From: a virus
Lineage: Duplodnaviria > Caudoviricetes
IMG/VR virus record: IMGVR_UViG_3300042271_000539
Location: 1-64,000 of that record
Reading direction: 5' to 3' (one strand)
DNA length: 64,000 bases
In this document: one piece after another, positions 38,766 to 48,671 of the stretch
Numbering within the stretch: the stretch's first letter is position 1
Layout of the letters: every line of letters begins with the position of its first letter
The notes under the pieces: model-generated
What the model saw: the letters and a program-made list of their open reading frames with translations, nothing else
Database searches by the model: none
Told to the model about the DNA's origin: nothing
Program-made: the position numbers and the translations under genes

Positions 38766-40778
38766 ATGCCTAGAGAATTAAGCACAGAAAAAGACTTTGA
38801 TTCTTTACTACAAAATATAAGTGACTTATACTCTACCGATGAGCTCGAGCAAATAAGACTGGCTTATGAGGACATGAAGTCCTCTCACAAAGCCAAGGCC
38901 GAGCTCATCAGGCCTATAGTCCCTATCAGAGAATGGATCAACAACCATTACTATGTCGGGCCTGATGGAGAAAATGTATACAGTTATTGGAAAGAGAGAG
39001 CTATTGAAATTTTTGAGCGACCTCAAGATAAAAGAATAAATCAAATTATATTAACAGGAGCTTACGGTGTTGGTAAGACAACATTTGCATCTCTTGTATT
39101 AATTAGAATAATTTATGAGCTTTCTTGCTATAAGCACATCTCAGCTTTATTTAATTTATTTGGGGTTTCCAGAATTGCTTTTGCTTATCTATCTGTTACT
39201 AAAGAACAGGCTCAGAGCACTGGGTTCTCGCTTTTAGTTGAGTGGTTAGACTCTATACCATACTTCAGAGAAAAGTTTAAAAGAAAAAATGGTATTGATT
39301 CCATGGTTATTTGGCCCGAAGAGCGTTTAATAATAACATATGGTTCAGTCGCAAACCACTTTATTGGTATGAACTTACTTGGGTCTATCCTGGATGAAGC
39401 AAACTTTTTCTCAGGAAACTCCAGAGAAGACTCTGAGTTTAAGATGAACTCAAAGGTTGCTAAGCTTTATACTAACATTATTACCAGGTCAGAATCCCGT
39501 TTCATTGTTGGTGGTATCAACTATTCAATGTCAATTTTGGTTTCATCATCAACTGTAGAATCTTCTTTTACAGAGGAGAGAATAGAAAAAGCGAGAAATG
39601 ATATACATACATTTATATCTTCGCCATCTATTTGGGATGTCAAGCCAGGGTCATACTCAGGGGAAAAATTCTTAGTTTACACTGGTGGGGATAACTTAGA
39701 CCCATTCGTTGTAAAAGACATACATGATATAAATATACTACTAAGAAACAAAAACCTGAAGTTACTATCAACAGACTTGGACGTAGACACGGCTTACAGG
39801 CTCCTGCCGAGCTTTATTCAGATAAACCTAATACAAATACCAGTAGAACATAAAAACTCCTTTGAGACGGACATAATTGCTTCATTACAGAATCTCGCTG
39901 GTATCTCTGTATCTTCCTCTGGGAAACTTTTTAGTTCAAATGTAGCATATAATAATTGTATAAACAACTCTCTACAACACCCTTTCAGTCGTGAACAGTT
40001 TATACTTTCTACGACAAACGAGCAGCTTAGGGAAGGATTCCTACCAATCAAATCTTACCTTTTTAATGATATTACCTTTCCGAATTTACATATGCCTAGA
40101 TTCATGCACGTTGACTTAGGTTTGACTGGAGACAGCTTGGGTATAGCTATGTGTTATATTAGTGGTTGGAAAACAATATATAAAACGGAGAGTCATCATG
40201 ACGAAGACGAGAGTGCAATTGCCGAAGAGATTAAAGTACCCGTTTTAGAATATGATTTTATGCTAAGAATAAACCCACCCAAAAAACCAAACAGAATTTC
40301 TTTAAGTAAAGTTAGAGATTTTATTGTATACTTAAGAAATGTAAAAAGAGTAAGGTTTGGGAAAATAACCTTTGACCAATTTCAAAGCGAACAAATACGG
40401 CAAGAGTTGGCGGAACTTAATTTTGAAGTAGATCTTCTTTCTGTAGATAGAACACCCGATGCCTATCTAAGTTTTGTCAATCTAATTTATGAAAATAGAG
40501 TAAAATTTTATGACTACGAACCATTTAAAAAAGAATTATTCACTGTCATATACTATCCAGGTAAAAAGAAAGTGGACCACCCTGTAGGAATGTCAAAAGA
40601 CGTTGCCGATGCTGTTGTTGGGTCTGCATTCAATGCTATTAAATCAGAGGACAAGTCCGATATTGATAATAATTCTCTTATGGATTTATTTATCGGAGCT
40701 AATCGCTCTGAGCAAAGTAAAAAAGACGTTATAGCTAATGCCTTGAGCGTTTTAACTGATATGCTCGGGCGTAGTTAA
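38766..40778 (+). CDS. terL: Terminase large subunit
   Basis: Walker A TGAYGVGKTT, Walker B ILDEANF, RNase H-like HVDLG, FDQFQS, KDVADAV. Confidence 0.9.
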   Translation: MPRELSTEKDFDSLLQNISDLYSTDELEQIRLAYEDMKSSHKAKAELIRPIVPIREWINNHYYVGPDGENVYSYWKERAIEIFERPQDKRINQIILTGAYGVGKTTFASLVLIRIIYELSCYKHISALFNLFGVSRIAFAYLSVTKEQAQSTGFSLLVEWLDSIPYFREKFKRKNGIDSMVIWPEERLIITYGSVANHFIGMNLLGSILDEANFFSGNSREDSEFKMNSKVAKLYTNIITRSESRFIVGGINYSMSILVSSSTVESSFTEERIEKARNDIHTFISSPSIWDVKPGSYSGEKFLVYTGGDNLDPFVVKDIHDINILLRNKNLKLLSTDLDVDTAYRLLPSFIQINLIQIPVEHKNSFETDIIASLQNLAGISVSSSGKLFSSNVAYNNCINNSLQHPFSREQFILSTTNEQLREGFLPIKSYLFNDITFPNLHMPRFMHVDLGLTGDSLGIAMCYISGWKTIYKTESHHDEDESAIAEEIKVPVLEYDFMLRINPPKKPNRISLSKVRDFIVYLRNVKRVRFGKITFDQFQSEQIRQELAELNFEVDLLSVDRTPDAYLSFVNLIYENRVKFYDYEPFKKELFTVIYYPGKKKVDHPVGMSKDVADAVVGSAFNAIKSEDKSDIDNNSLMDLFIGANRSEQSKKDVIANALSVLTDMLGRS

Positions 40779-40809
40779 TGCATTTTTAAAAAGTTGTGTA
40801 TTATATAGT
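40778..40809 (+). promoter_or_regulatory. Sigma70-like promoter (ATGCAT-TTTT...TATATAGT)
   Basis: Shares (T/A)TGCA(T/A)TTTT...TAT(A)AT motif with 50788, 54270, 59553, 62139. Confidence 0.55.
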
Positions 40810-40853
40810 ATTATGGAGGTATAGTCACAACACAAAAATACGGAGGTTACTAG

Positions 40854-41531
40854 TTGAGAACTAAACAAGCAATACTAAAAAAAGTAGAACACTGGAAATT
40901 ATATCCTATGATGGTTACGGGTATCTATAGATTATTTACCTATCTACCTTTTGAGGATATTCCAAAAGAGTACAAAGAATTTTTCCCAGAAGATGCAAAA
41001 GATTCATGGGCCGATGACTTAAAAAATTTCGGTAGGGAAGAAATAGAAACAGAATTGATTGTTGAGATGAGGGCGTTACTTCAAATTTTAGCTAAAAGAA
41101 ATATTATAAATGCATTAGGCGTTGTCCCAATGCTTTTTGCTGATATGTACATGGCTAACTATGGGGTATCTAGCTTTCAAGGAAAGCTTTTAAAAATTAC
41201 TAAAACATTTCAAGAGGTCGTAAATGTCGATAGGTCCCTAGCAGAGCAACTAGCCATGCAAGAGATTATTGAATTACTTAAAGAGATCATAAAGAAGATG
41301 AACTTAAAAGTTCCTTTTGACATGGATAAAGTTCTAGAACAGATGGTTGAAAGCTATGACAGAGCCTATAAAAAGGCAGGCATTGCTATGGCACAAGCGC
41401 AAGCAAGAGCTTTTAATCAGGCAAAAGACTCATCTGATACTTTAGACTATGATAAGATTATTGAAGAGGCTGAGGCTAAGGAGTTAGAGATGTCTAAGAC
41501 AAAAGGGGTTGACGTTAAGGGTGGCTTATAA
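40854..41531 (+). CDS. Hypothetical protein (TTG start)
   Basis: RBS GGAGG; 225-aa helical ORF. Confidence 0.55.
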   Translation: MRTKQAILKKVEHWKLYPMMVTGIYRLFTYLPFEDIPKEYKEFFPEDAKDSWADDLKNFGREEIETELIVEMRALLQILAKRNIINALGVVPMLFADMYMANYGVSSFQGKLLKITKTFQEVVNVDRSLAEQLAMQEIIELLKEIIKKMNLKVPFDMDKVLEQMVESYDRAYKKAGIAMAQAQARAFNQAKDSSDTLDYDKIIEEAEAKELEMSKTKGVDVKGGL

Positions 41532-42135
41532 AATATCGGCTTCCTTACTAAATAGTTGGATTTATTATAAAAACGATCCCTGCACCAAAAACTTCGATAG
41601 CTTTGTAGAGTCTCTGCGAGGTGAGTTTAAAGGAAATGTGTGGACGGAACGAGGTAATATTTATGAGTCGGAGGTATTCCAAGGAAAACATGGGAAGGTC
41701 TCCAAACTTGTAGAGTCCTTACCGAAGCAGGTTTGGTGTAATAGATATATAGATGTTGATGGACTAAGAATAAAGATTTCTGGAAAAATGGACGTTGTAG
41801 ACCACAACAAAAAAGTTATCTATGATATTAAAAGAACGACTAAATTTTCAAAAGATAAATATGATGACTCCATGCAACATGTTTTATATTTCTTTTTAAA
41901 CCCCATTGAATACAGAGAGTTTTACTATATCGTTGCTTATGACAACGAAGACTCGGAGAATGGTATAGATATTGGTATTATTCGTAAAACAAGACCAGAT
42001 GAGAAAGACTTAGAAAAAACTGTGATTAATACAATAAAAGAATTCTTTAAATTCCTTAAGGAGAGAGACCTTTGGGAAATATATAAAGAGAAACAACAAA
42101 CAAGAAAAAGAGGTAGCTATGTCGAAAAAAATTAA
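41509..42135 (+). CDS. PD-(D/E)XK (Cas4/RecB-like) nuclease
   Basis: ISGKMDVV......YDIKRT and QHVLY motifs. Confidence 0.7.
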   Translation: MTLRVAYKISASLLNSWIYYKNDPCTKNFDSFVESLRGEFKGNVWTERGNIYESEVFQGKHGKVSKLVESLPKQVWCNRYIDVDGLRIKISGKMDVVDHNKKVIYDIKRTTKFSKDKYDDSMQHVLYFFLNPIEYREFYYIVAYDNEDSENGIDIGIIRKTRPDEKDLEKTVINTIKEFFKFLKERDLWEIYKEKQQTRKRGSYVEKN

Positions 42136-43561
42136 TAAGGCAATACGTAAGGTAATTTTAAAAAATATTGAGTCCTGTAAAAGCCCTGGTGGTAGGATAT
42201 CCTGGAATAATCTTTTAGAGATACTGAGAGAAGAGTTCCCTTTTGAGAATCTTTCTTTTGATAGGGTTAGAAGTATTTACAGAAACACTAATGAAGATGA
42301 TTTAGATAAAACTAAAGAGACTTTAAAGAAAAAATCCGAGTACTATAAAAATTTAAGAGGGCAAGAAAAAGATGCTATGGACTCTTTATATGAGAAAGTA
42401 GAAGACTTTGAGGATGACTTAGAAGACTTAAACATGACTATGAAAAGGTCAAAAGATAAGTTAGAATCTACTATAGTGACAGATAAAAACCCTGCACTTC
42501 TTTCAATTGAAGAAATTGTAAAGCTCTTTAGACTAGATGTAACTAAGTGGGAGTGTGTTGGTTTTACCGCAAAAAGTTGGAACTCCTCAGTAAAAGCTGG
42601 TAAACACAATACAGATGTTGTGGTAAATTATTCAGTCAAAGCTAATTTTAAGTTGAAGGAAAAGGAAAAGGTAACTAAACAGGACCTATCATTCCTCTAT
42701 GAAGAGGCAAAAAAGGCATCTAGTCGACAAACTTTCACACCAAAGAGATCTGCCAAAAAAGACCGAAAGACTGGTAATACTCTAGTATTAGCGCTATTTG
42801 ACCAACATCTAGGAAAGCTGGCTTGGGGTGAAGAGACCGGGGAAAATTATGATATAAAAATAGCTTCTGAACGTTTCTTCAGTACAGCAAAAACATTAAT
42901 TGATAGAAGTTTAGGAGTAGGTTTTGATAAAATTATTTTCCCTATTGGTAACGATTTCTTCCAATTTGATGGTATGCATTCGGAGACGACCAAAGGCACA
43001 AGAGTAGACTCTGATATTCGTTGGAAAAAACTGTTTCAAGTTGGGGTTAAGCTAACAAGACAGGTCCTTGATTATGCATCTCAGTTCGCTGACATTGATG
43101 TTATTCTCGTACAAGGAAACCATGACAATACTATGTCTTTTTACTTATTTGAAACATTGCGTGGTTGGTATGACAGTAATCCTAATATCCACATTGACAA
43201 AGATATAAAAACACGTACATATAGACAAGTGGGTGTGAACCTGTTAGGTTTTACTCATGGAGATAAGGAAAAGGATAATATCTATAGAATCATGCAACAA
43301 GAGGCTAGAGAACTTTGGGGCAAGACCCTTTACTCTGAGTGGATAACAGGGCATTACCACAAAAACTTTATGGATGAAAAACAGGGAGTAACTAAGCGTG
43401 TTGTAGGCTCCTTAACTGGAACAGATGCATGGCACTATGAGAGTGGTTATGTGGGTTCTTTAAAGGCGGGGCAAGCATTAATTTACAATGAAAATCAATT
43501 AGGTCCTTTGGCGATACTTTATGAATCTGTAAATATTCAGGAAGAAGATGGGCAAAAGTGA
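42119..43561 (+). CDS. Calcineurin-like metallophosphoesterase with N-terminal extension
   Basis: DQHLG, GND, GNHD, THGD, GHYH motifs. Confidence 0.8.
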   Translation: MSKKINKAIRKVILKNIESCKSPGGRISWNNLLEILREEFPFENLSFDRVRSIYRNTNEDDLDKTKETLKKKSEYYKNLRGQEKDAMDSLYEKVEDFEDDLEDLNMTMKRSKDKLESTIVTDKNPALLSIEEIVKLFRLDVTKWECVGFTAKSWNSSVKAGKHNTDVVVNYSVKANFKLKEKEKVTKQDLSFLYEEAKKASSRQTFTPKRSAKKDRKTGNTLVLALFDQHLGKLAWGEETGENYDIKIASERFFSTAKTLIDRSLGVGFDKIIFPIGNDFFQFDGMHSETTKGTRVDSDIRWKKLFQVGVKLTRQVLDYASQFADIDVILVQGNHDNTMSFYLFETLRGWYDSNPNIHIDKDIKTRTYRQVGVNLLGFTHGDKEKDNIYRIMQQEARELWGKTLYSEWITGHYHKNFMDEKQGVTKRVVGSLTGTDAWHYESGYVGSLKAGQALIYNENQLGPLAILYESVNIQEEDGQK

Positions 43562-43755
43562 TAGTCAACAAGTACACTATAAAAATTTTAGACTATGATG
43601 CTACTGTTAGGGTTTACGATAATGTTGAATCTGATATAAAATATATCATCGAGGTAGACAGCATCCCAGGCCTTATTGGTGGTGGGGTAACCTTTGAAGA
43701 AGCTTTAGTAGAGGCTACTGAAGCTCTTCAAATGTTCTTAGAGGTAAGAGAATAA
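43558..43755 (+). CDS. HicB-like (antitoxin N-terminal domain) small protein
   Basis: IPGLIGGGVTFEEAL.EA.EAL...LE matches the HicB P.L.G...GxTxEEA motif. Confidence 0.65.
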   Translation: MIVNKYTIKILDYDATVRVYDNVESDIKYIIEVDSIPGLIGGGVTFEEALVEATEALQMFLEVRE

Positions 43756-43783
43756 GTGTGTTCTGGTGGCCACCAGAACACAC
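43756..43783. repeat. Perfect 28-bp palindrome GTGTGTTCTGGTGGCCACCAGAACACAC
   Basis: Self-complementary, read directly from sequence. Confidence 0.95.
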
Positions 43784-43817
43784 ACTCATACTATATAATA
43801 TAGTGTAAGGGTATATA
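43777..43817 (+). promoter_or_regulatory. Promoter-like block with TATAATATAG upstream of ncRNA copy 2
   Basis: Identical to 10845-10885; TATAAT 43794-43799. Confidence 0.6.
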
Positions 43818-43992
43818 GCAAAATGCAAGTGCGTTTTAGGTAAGTCAACAGTCCTATAGACTCCAAAGCGTTCCTAAGCGCCTATAGAGACAATTGACAA
43901 CAGTGAAGCTTATCACTTCCGTTAAGCTTCACATGAGGTTCGGATCTGGCACCCAAATCCGAACCTCTAGTCAATACTGTGCATACCCTTAC
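43805..43992 (+). ncRNA. RT-associated structured ncRNA, copy 2 (orphan)
   Basis: Closing stem GTAAGGGTAT/ATACCCTTAC (43805-14/43983-92); hairpins 43820-37, 43844-98, 43903-32, 43935-67; identical 66-nt core with copy 1. Confidence 0.8.
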
Positions 43993-44035
43993 CTTATATT
44001 GAAATAAATCATGTGATTTAGAAGAGAGGAATGAA

Positions 44036-44746
44036 ATGGCAGTAATACCAAAGCTAATGACTAAAGATCAGCTTAAACAGTATATTAAAGATGAGTTAAA
44101 TGCTGGTATTGTCAACTTAGAGTTATCTGATACAATTATAGATAGAAACCTAAACAGAGCATTATACCTATCTTCTGACTACTTTAATTATACTACTTAT
44201 AAGACAATTAGCATTGAAAAGACTACAGGATCTGGGGGTTACTATGACCTCAGCAATCTCGCTGATGATGGTCTTATACCAACTATTGTAGCAGTTTATC
44301 CAACAAAGAATGTGCTAAATATTGACGCAGCTTTACTTGGTTTAGGATCTGTATTTATAAATACAGTATCGGCACTAAATCCACAATTGAATGCCTATGC
44401 AAATATGTTAAATAAACTATCACAATTGGAGAGTATCCTAGGAAGAAATGCTAGAGTAATAGGTGATAAACTTTATGTTGATCATTACTTCGCAGATGTA
44501 ACAATTGAATATATACCACAGACAGTTCAGATAGAGAATATTCATGAGGGTGCTTGGATCAACTTTTTGATTGATTATACCGTAGCACTATGCAAAAGAC
44601 AGATAGCCCAATCTAGAGGTAAATATGTAATAGAGTCTAACCCAGCATCAATGAACGCTGCGGAATTATTAGAGCAAGCAAATTCAGAATTAATTAGATT
44701 AGAAGAAGACTTACAAACTAAAGGGGTACTTTTAGCAAGTAGATAA
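44036..44746 (+). CDS. Neck / head-completion protein (gp13-like)
   Basis: LKQYIKDELN...NLELSD.II...AL N-terminus and DY.VAL.K...AQ.RGKY C-terminus. Confidence 0.6.
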   Translation: MAVIPKLMTKDQLKQYIKDELNAGIVNLELSDTIIDRNLNRALYLSSDYFNYTTYKTISIEKTTGSGGYYDLSNLADDGLIPTIVAVYPTKNVLNIDAALLGLGSVFINTVSALNPQLNAYANMLNKLSQLESILGRNARVIGDKLYVDHYFADVTIEYIPQTVQIENIHEGAWINFLIDYTVALCKRQIAQSRGKYVIESNPASMNAAELLEQANSELIRLEEDLQTKGVLLASR

Positions 44747-44756
44747 AGGAGAAGTT

Positions 44757-45398
44757 ATGAATAAAAAAGAGTTAAGAGACTTTTTAAACTTACCAAGCAC
44801 AAACGCAAGTAACGCTTTATACAAACTCAAAGAATTTTTTACGGATAAGACTAACAGAGCTATAGTTATAAATTATATAGTTACATATCTGAGAGACAAC
44901 AAGAAAAACAAAAAGGATACTAGCTTACTATTTTATTATGCAACTAAGCAATTGGTAGAAAAGACAAGATTATGTAAGACTGATACAGCATCTTATAACT
45001 TATTGATGGCAGTGTGGAATGTTTTAAATATACACAACGAGGTAGTTTCTCGTGTTAAAGACAACTATAAGTTAATAGAGATAAAGACTCATGAACCAGA
45101 GTTAACGAAACCTGAAAAGCCTAAAAGATCTAGAAAGCAAAAAGAAACGCCCGAAGAGAGAGCTGAGAGGTTCCGTAAGCACACAGCCTACATGAGACAA
45201 CAAAAAGCCAAGAAAAAGGCTGAGGCTGAAGAAGCTCAGAAACGAAAAGAAGAAGCAGAGAGAGTGTTAGAAAACCACAGGAAACTACAGGATCCTAAGT
45301 CATCTAAGAATACACCCTCAAAAGACGCTAAAGAAACTAAAAAAGATGCTAAAGTTTCTGAAGCGTACTTAATGATGTTAAAAAATATGAAGGTATAA
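44757..45398 (+). CDS. Hypothetical protein with charged coiled-coil C-terminus
   Basis: 213-aa ORF, RBS AAGGAG. Confidence 0.55.
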   Translation: MNKKELRDFLNLPSTNASNALYKLKEFFTDKTNRAIVINYIVTYLRDNKKNKKDTSLLFYYATKQLVEKTRLCKTDTASYNLLMAVWNVLNIHNEVVSRVKDNYKLIEIKTHEPELTKPEKPKRSRKQKETPEERAERFRKHTAYMRQQKAKKKAEAEEAQKRKEEAERVLENHRKLQDPKSSKNTPSKDAKETKKDAKVSEAYLMMLKNMKV

Positions 45399-45423
45399 AA
45401 TTTAATATTGGAGGTCTAAACAA

Positions 45424-45891
45424 ATGCCTAATAGAAAACAACTAATTGTTTTCTACTTCTTAAGTCTTACTTGGGGGATATTGTTGACCCTAGTGGGGCT
45501 TTTTTCTTTCTTATTTATCTATCTATTTATGAGAAAGCAAGTAGAAATAAGAGTTATTGCAGGTAGAATTTCCGTTAAGTTTAAGTACATCTATTTCGGT
45601 GGACTGAGTTTAGGTTTAGTTTATTTTGTAGACAAGAGCGATAATTTAAACACACACAAGCATGAGCTTGGGCACACCATACAAAACACATGGTTTGGGC
45701 CACTGTTTCCTTTTTTGATAGGTATACCTTCTGTAATTAGATTTCAGCTCTGGGACTTCTTATCAAAGAGATACAGAAAAAAGTATAATAAGAGTCTATC
45801 TTATGATTCTATTTGGTTTGAGGGGCAGGCTACTAAGTTAGGTTATAAATATTTTGATAAGTACATCAACGAGAAAATTGGAGGCAACTAA
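45424..45891 (+). CDS. Membrane protein with HExxH motif (putative metallopeptidase)
   Basis: TM segments; KHELGHTIQ; downstream WFEGQA. Confidence 0.55.
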   Translation: MPNRKQLIVFYFLSLTWGILLTLVGLFSFLFIYLFMRKQVEIRVIAGRISVKFKYIYFGGLSLGLVYFVDKSDNLNTHKHELGHTIQNTWFGPLFPFLIGIPSVIRFQLWDFLSKRYRKKYNKSLSYDSIWFEGQATKLGYKYFDKYINEKIGGN

Positions 45892-46343
45892 TGTTTAACA
45901 AAGCACTATATACTACTAATAAAAACAGCATTACACTAGCCCCTTATTCTGATATTACAATGTTAATCGAAGAAAAGAATATGGGCATAATTAAGATCTA
46001 TGAACAAATAGGCGCTCAGATAGAAATGTGCAACAGAGTTCTAGAGACTGGAGAACCAAAAACAGTTAGCGCACAAACAGATGCCGGATTTGAAGAGGTC
46101 ACAATAGATGAACACAATGCTGAGGAGTATTTGAATCAAGCAAACAATTTACTAATTGCTTTGATGGTATATGTAGACGAAAACGACTTGTACGTAGAGG
46201 AGTTACCTAGCGACTTTAAAACAACTTATGCACAAATTGATGACGAGATAAAAGATTTTTTTAAAAGACGCTCTGGTTTAGTTGAAGAACAAGAACCATT
46301 TACTATGCAAGGTAAAAACAAGATTATATATAGAGGTTGGTAA
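45891..46343 (+). CDS. Hypothetical protein
   Basis: 150-aa ORF, RBS GGAGG. Confidence 0.55.
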   Translation: MFNKALYTTNKNSITLAPYSDITMLIEEKNMGIIKIYEQIGAQIEMCNRVLETGEPKTVSAQTDAGFEEVTIDEHNAEEYLNQANNLLIALMVYVDENDLYVEELPSDFKTTYAQIDDEIKDFFKRRSGLVEEQEPFTMQGKNKIIYRGW

Positions 46344-46723
46344 TTATGAAAATAAACGCAGAACAAAAAAGAAAAATACAAGAAACACTTATCAAGTTTA
46401 ACCCACCAGTATTTCTTGAGGGTAATACAATTCCTAAGTATGCTTTTGCTTATGTTACGAGAAAAACGTTAAGTACTTTGAATGAAAGCACTAAAGAAAA
46501 CGACTTTAAAGTTGTAAACCAAGGCAAGTCTAAAAAGTATAAAGGAACAATATATAAGTTAGAAGAGATTGACGGATTCTTCTTTATGGTTAGGGACATT
46601 GACGGTGATGAGGCCATAGTAAAAATAGAAAAGGAAGACCTTCCAGATAAAGAAAAATTATCTGCTAGTGACGTCGTTAGTTTAGGTGAAAGGCTTGATG
46701 ATGAAAGGCGTTTTGGATTATAA
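46337..46723 (+). CDS. Hypothetical protein
   Basis: 128-aa ORF coupled to neighbours. Confidence 0.5.
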   Translation: MVIMKINAEQKRKIQETLIKFNPPVFLEGNTIPKYAFAYVTRKTLSTLNESTKENDFKVVNQGKSKKYKGTIYKLEEIDGFFFMVRDIDGDEAIVKIEKEDLPDKEKLSASDVVSLGERLDDERRFGL

Positions 46724-48657
46724 TGGCAAAAGGCAAACAAAAACCTATAGACGAGGCTTTATCTAAGAATTTAAAAAAGGCCTTGGATAGGTTAAAGGAT
46801 AATCTAAAAAAAGAAAAGGGACTGTCTGAGGAGGAAGCCTTTTATGTAGCGTCCCTCTACGGAGAACTGAAAGACAAGGACCTTTTCGGCGCTAGTTATA
46901 TCAGAGACATTGAACTTGAGGCAGACCCCGGAGAAAAGATTCCAAACTTAAACAATTTAGATCAAATGGTTAAGTATCCAGAGCTGGTATACGATATTGT
47001 TTTTTCTGTTTTGTTAGAGACACCTGAGTTTCTGAATAACTATGACATAGTATATAATATAGAAGAGAAAGATATACATATAGAGAAAAAGAAAAAAGCT
47101 GAAGACGGTAAAGCAGTTATTTTTAAGACACCTTGGGATAAAATAAAAGTTGCAGAGGACGATAACTATGTAACCTTTGGACCAGAGGTGTTTGTTCCTG
47201 ACTTAAAATTTTACTACTTAAAAGTTTTTTCAGACGATCCTAGAATACAACGATCTAAAGTTTCGAGTATGTTAATGACATCATGGTGTGTTCTTAATAA
47301 TAGAGGCTACTTTTCTTCCCAGAAGACAAATCCCACAGACAGGTGGTTTTTCACTTTTTCTAAGCACAACCCAATTGACTCAATTGAGCAATACTTAAAA
47401 GAGAGCAATTTTTCTGATAAGGAAGTAAAAACAGCTATGTCCTTTTTCAACGAAGAAAATCCTAAGATTGAACTAGACTCATTAAAACCAACATCGAAGG
47501 CCTCTACACACAGCTACAACCTACGAGCAGAGCTTAGAAACAAAATACTCGGCGAAGCATTTTTAGACAGTGATTATGATGATGGTGGCTATAATAGTAA
47601 TCTTGGGATTCATAATTATAACAATAACCCAGGAGGGGGTATAAGTTCTTCATTACTTAACACGCCCAAATTATATGACTACACATCTTTGATAAGCACA
47701 ACAGGGGATTTTGCGATTGAGGGGGGAACACTTATTAGGTATAATGCTAATGCCAGTGTTATTGAGTTACCTGAAGGTATTGTAAAAATTGGCGATAATG
47801 CTTTTGTTGATAAGAAGGTCAGTGTCTTAGTATTACCAAAATCGCTAACTACTATAATGTCTGGGGCTTTTAAAAACTGCTCTCAGCTAACTCAGATCAG
47901 AGCGACCAACAACCTAGCTTATATACAAAGAAATGCGTTCGATAGTGTATCAGCTAATGACTTAGTATTAGGTGTGTTTTCAGAAGAGAAAGGCGCACTG
48001 ATTGTTAGTAAGCCTACTAGTCTAACTCACTACCCTAAAGGCGTATTCAATAAAGGTATGGGTGATAGGCCTGAGACAAAAACTGAGAGTAGAAAGATAA
48101 TCTCGGAAAAAGTGAGGATAAAAAATAAGCCTCTGTACGACTATGAATCAGAGTTCATCACAATAGAACACGGGGTTATGGAATTCAAACCTGAAGTAGA
48201 AGATAAAACCTTTGATTCTATTGTTATCCATGAGGGTGTTAAGTATTTAAAGGGTACTATTAAGGGATCATATAAATCTTTAGTTTTCCCCAAGTCTTTC
48301 CTGGGTTGGGAACACAATACAGAAAGACTTCTGAGCCCTAGTACAGTTATAAGTAACCTAGATTTTTCAAAATCGACAGGTATCAGAATTGTGGAGGACA
48401 AAAAGTTTCAAGCAGCGAAGGTGAAGGACTTGAGTTTGCCATCTTCAATTATAGGTATTGGAAACTCTTTTTTCGGTTCAGCTGTGCGGTCTATTTATAT
48501 ACCTAGCAGTGTTCAGGAGATAGACAGTAGATGCTTCACTGGTGCACTTAGACTAGACACTATATATACAGACAATATAGAAAAATTAAAAGAAACTTTC
48601 GAAAATCAAAATATCAGTTTCAGACGAGATATTAATTTTCAAGAGTCTACTCAATAG
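46723..48657 (+). CDS. Protein with BspA-type leucine-rich repeats in C-terminal half
   Basis: IELPEGIVKIGDNAF, LPKSLTTIMSGAF.NC..L, IPSSVQEIDSRCF repeats. Confidence 0.7.
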   Translation: MAKGKQKPIDEALSKNLKKALDRLKDNLKKEKGLSEEEAFYVASLYGELKDKDLFGASYIRDIELEADPGEKIPNLNNLDQMVKYPELVYDIVFSVLLETPEFLNNYDIVYNIEEKDIHIEKKKKAEDGKAVIFKTPWDKIKVAEDDNYVTFGPEVFVPDLKFYYLKVFSDDPRIQRSKVSSMLMTSWCVLNNRGYFSSQKTNPTDRWFFTFSKHNPIDSIEQYLKESNFSDKEVKTAMSFFNEENPKIELDSLKPTSKASTHSYNLRAELRNKILGEAFLDSDYDDGGYNSNLGIHNYNNNPGGGISSSLLNTPKLYDYTSLISTTGDFAIEGGTLIRYNANASVIELPEGIVKIGDNAFVDKKVSVLVLPKSLTTIMSGAFKNCSQLTQIRATNNLAYIQRNAFDSVSANDLVLGVFSEEKGALIVSKPTSLTHYPKGVFNKGMGDRPETKTESRKIISEKVRIKNKPLYDYESEFITIEHGVMEFKPEVEDKTFDSIVIHEGVKYLKGTIKGSYKSLVFPKSFLGWEHNTERLLSPSTVISNLDFSKSTGIRIVEDKKFQAAKVKDLSLPSSIIGIGNSFFGSAVRSIYIPSSVQEIDSRCFTGALRLDTIYTDNIEKLKETFENQNISFRRDINFQESTQ

Positions 48658-48671
48658 GGGGAAAGAGAACC

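Noticed and set aside
43558-43755. Complete HicAB toxin-antitoxin module
   Set aside because: No HicA-like ORF is adjacent on either side.
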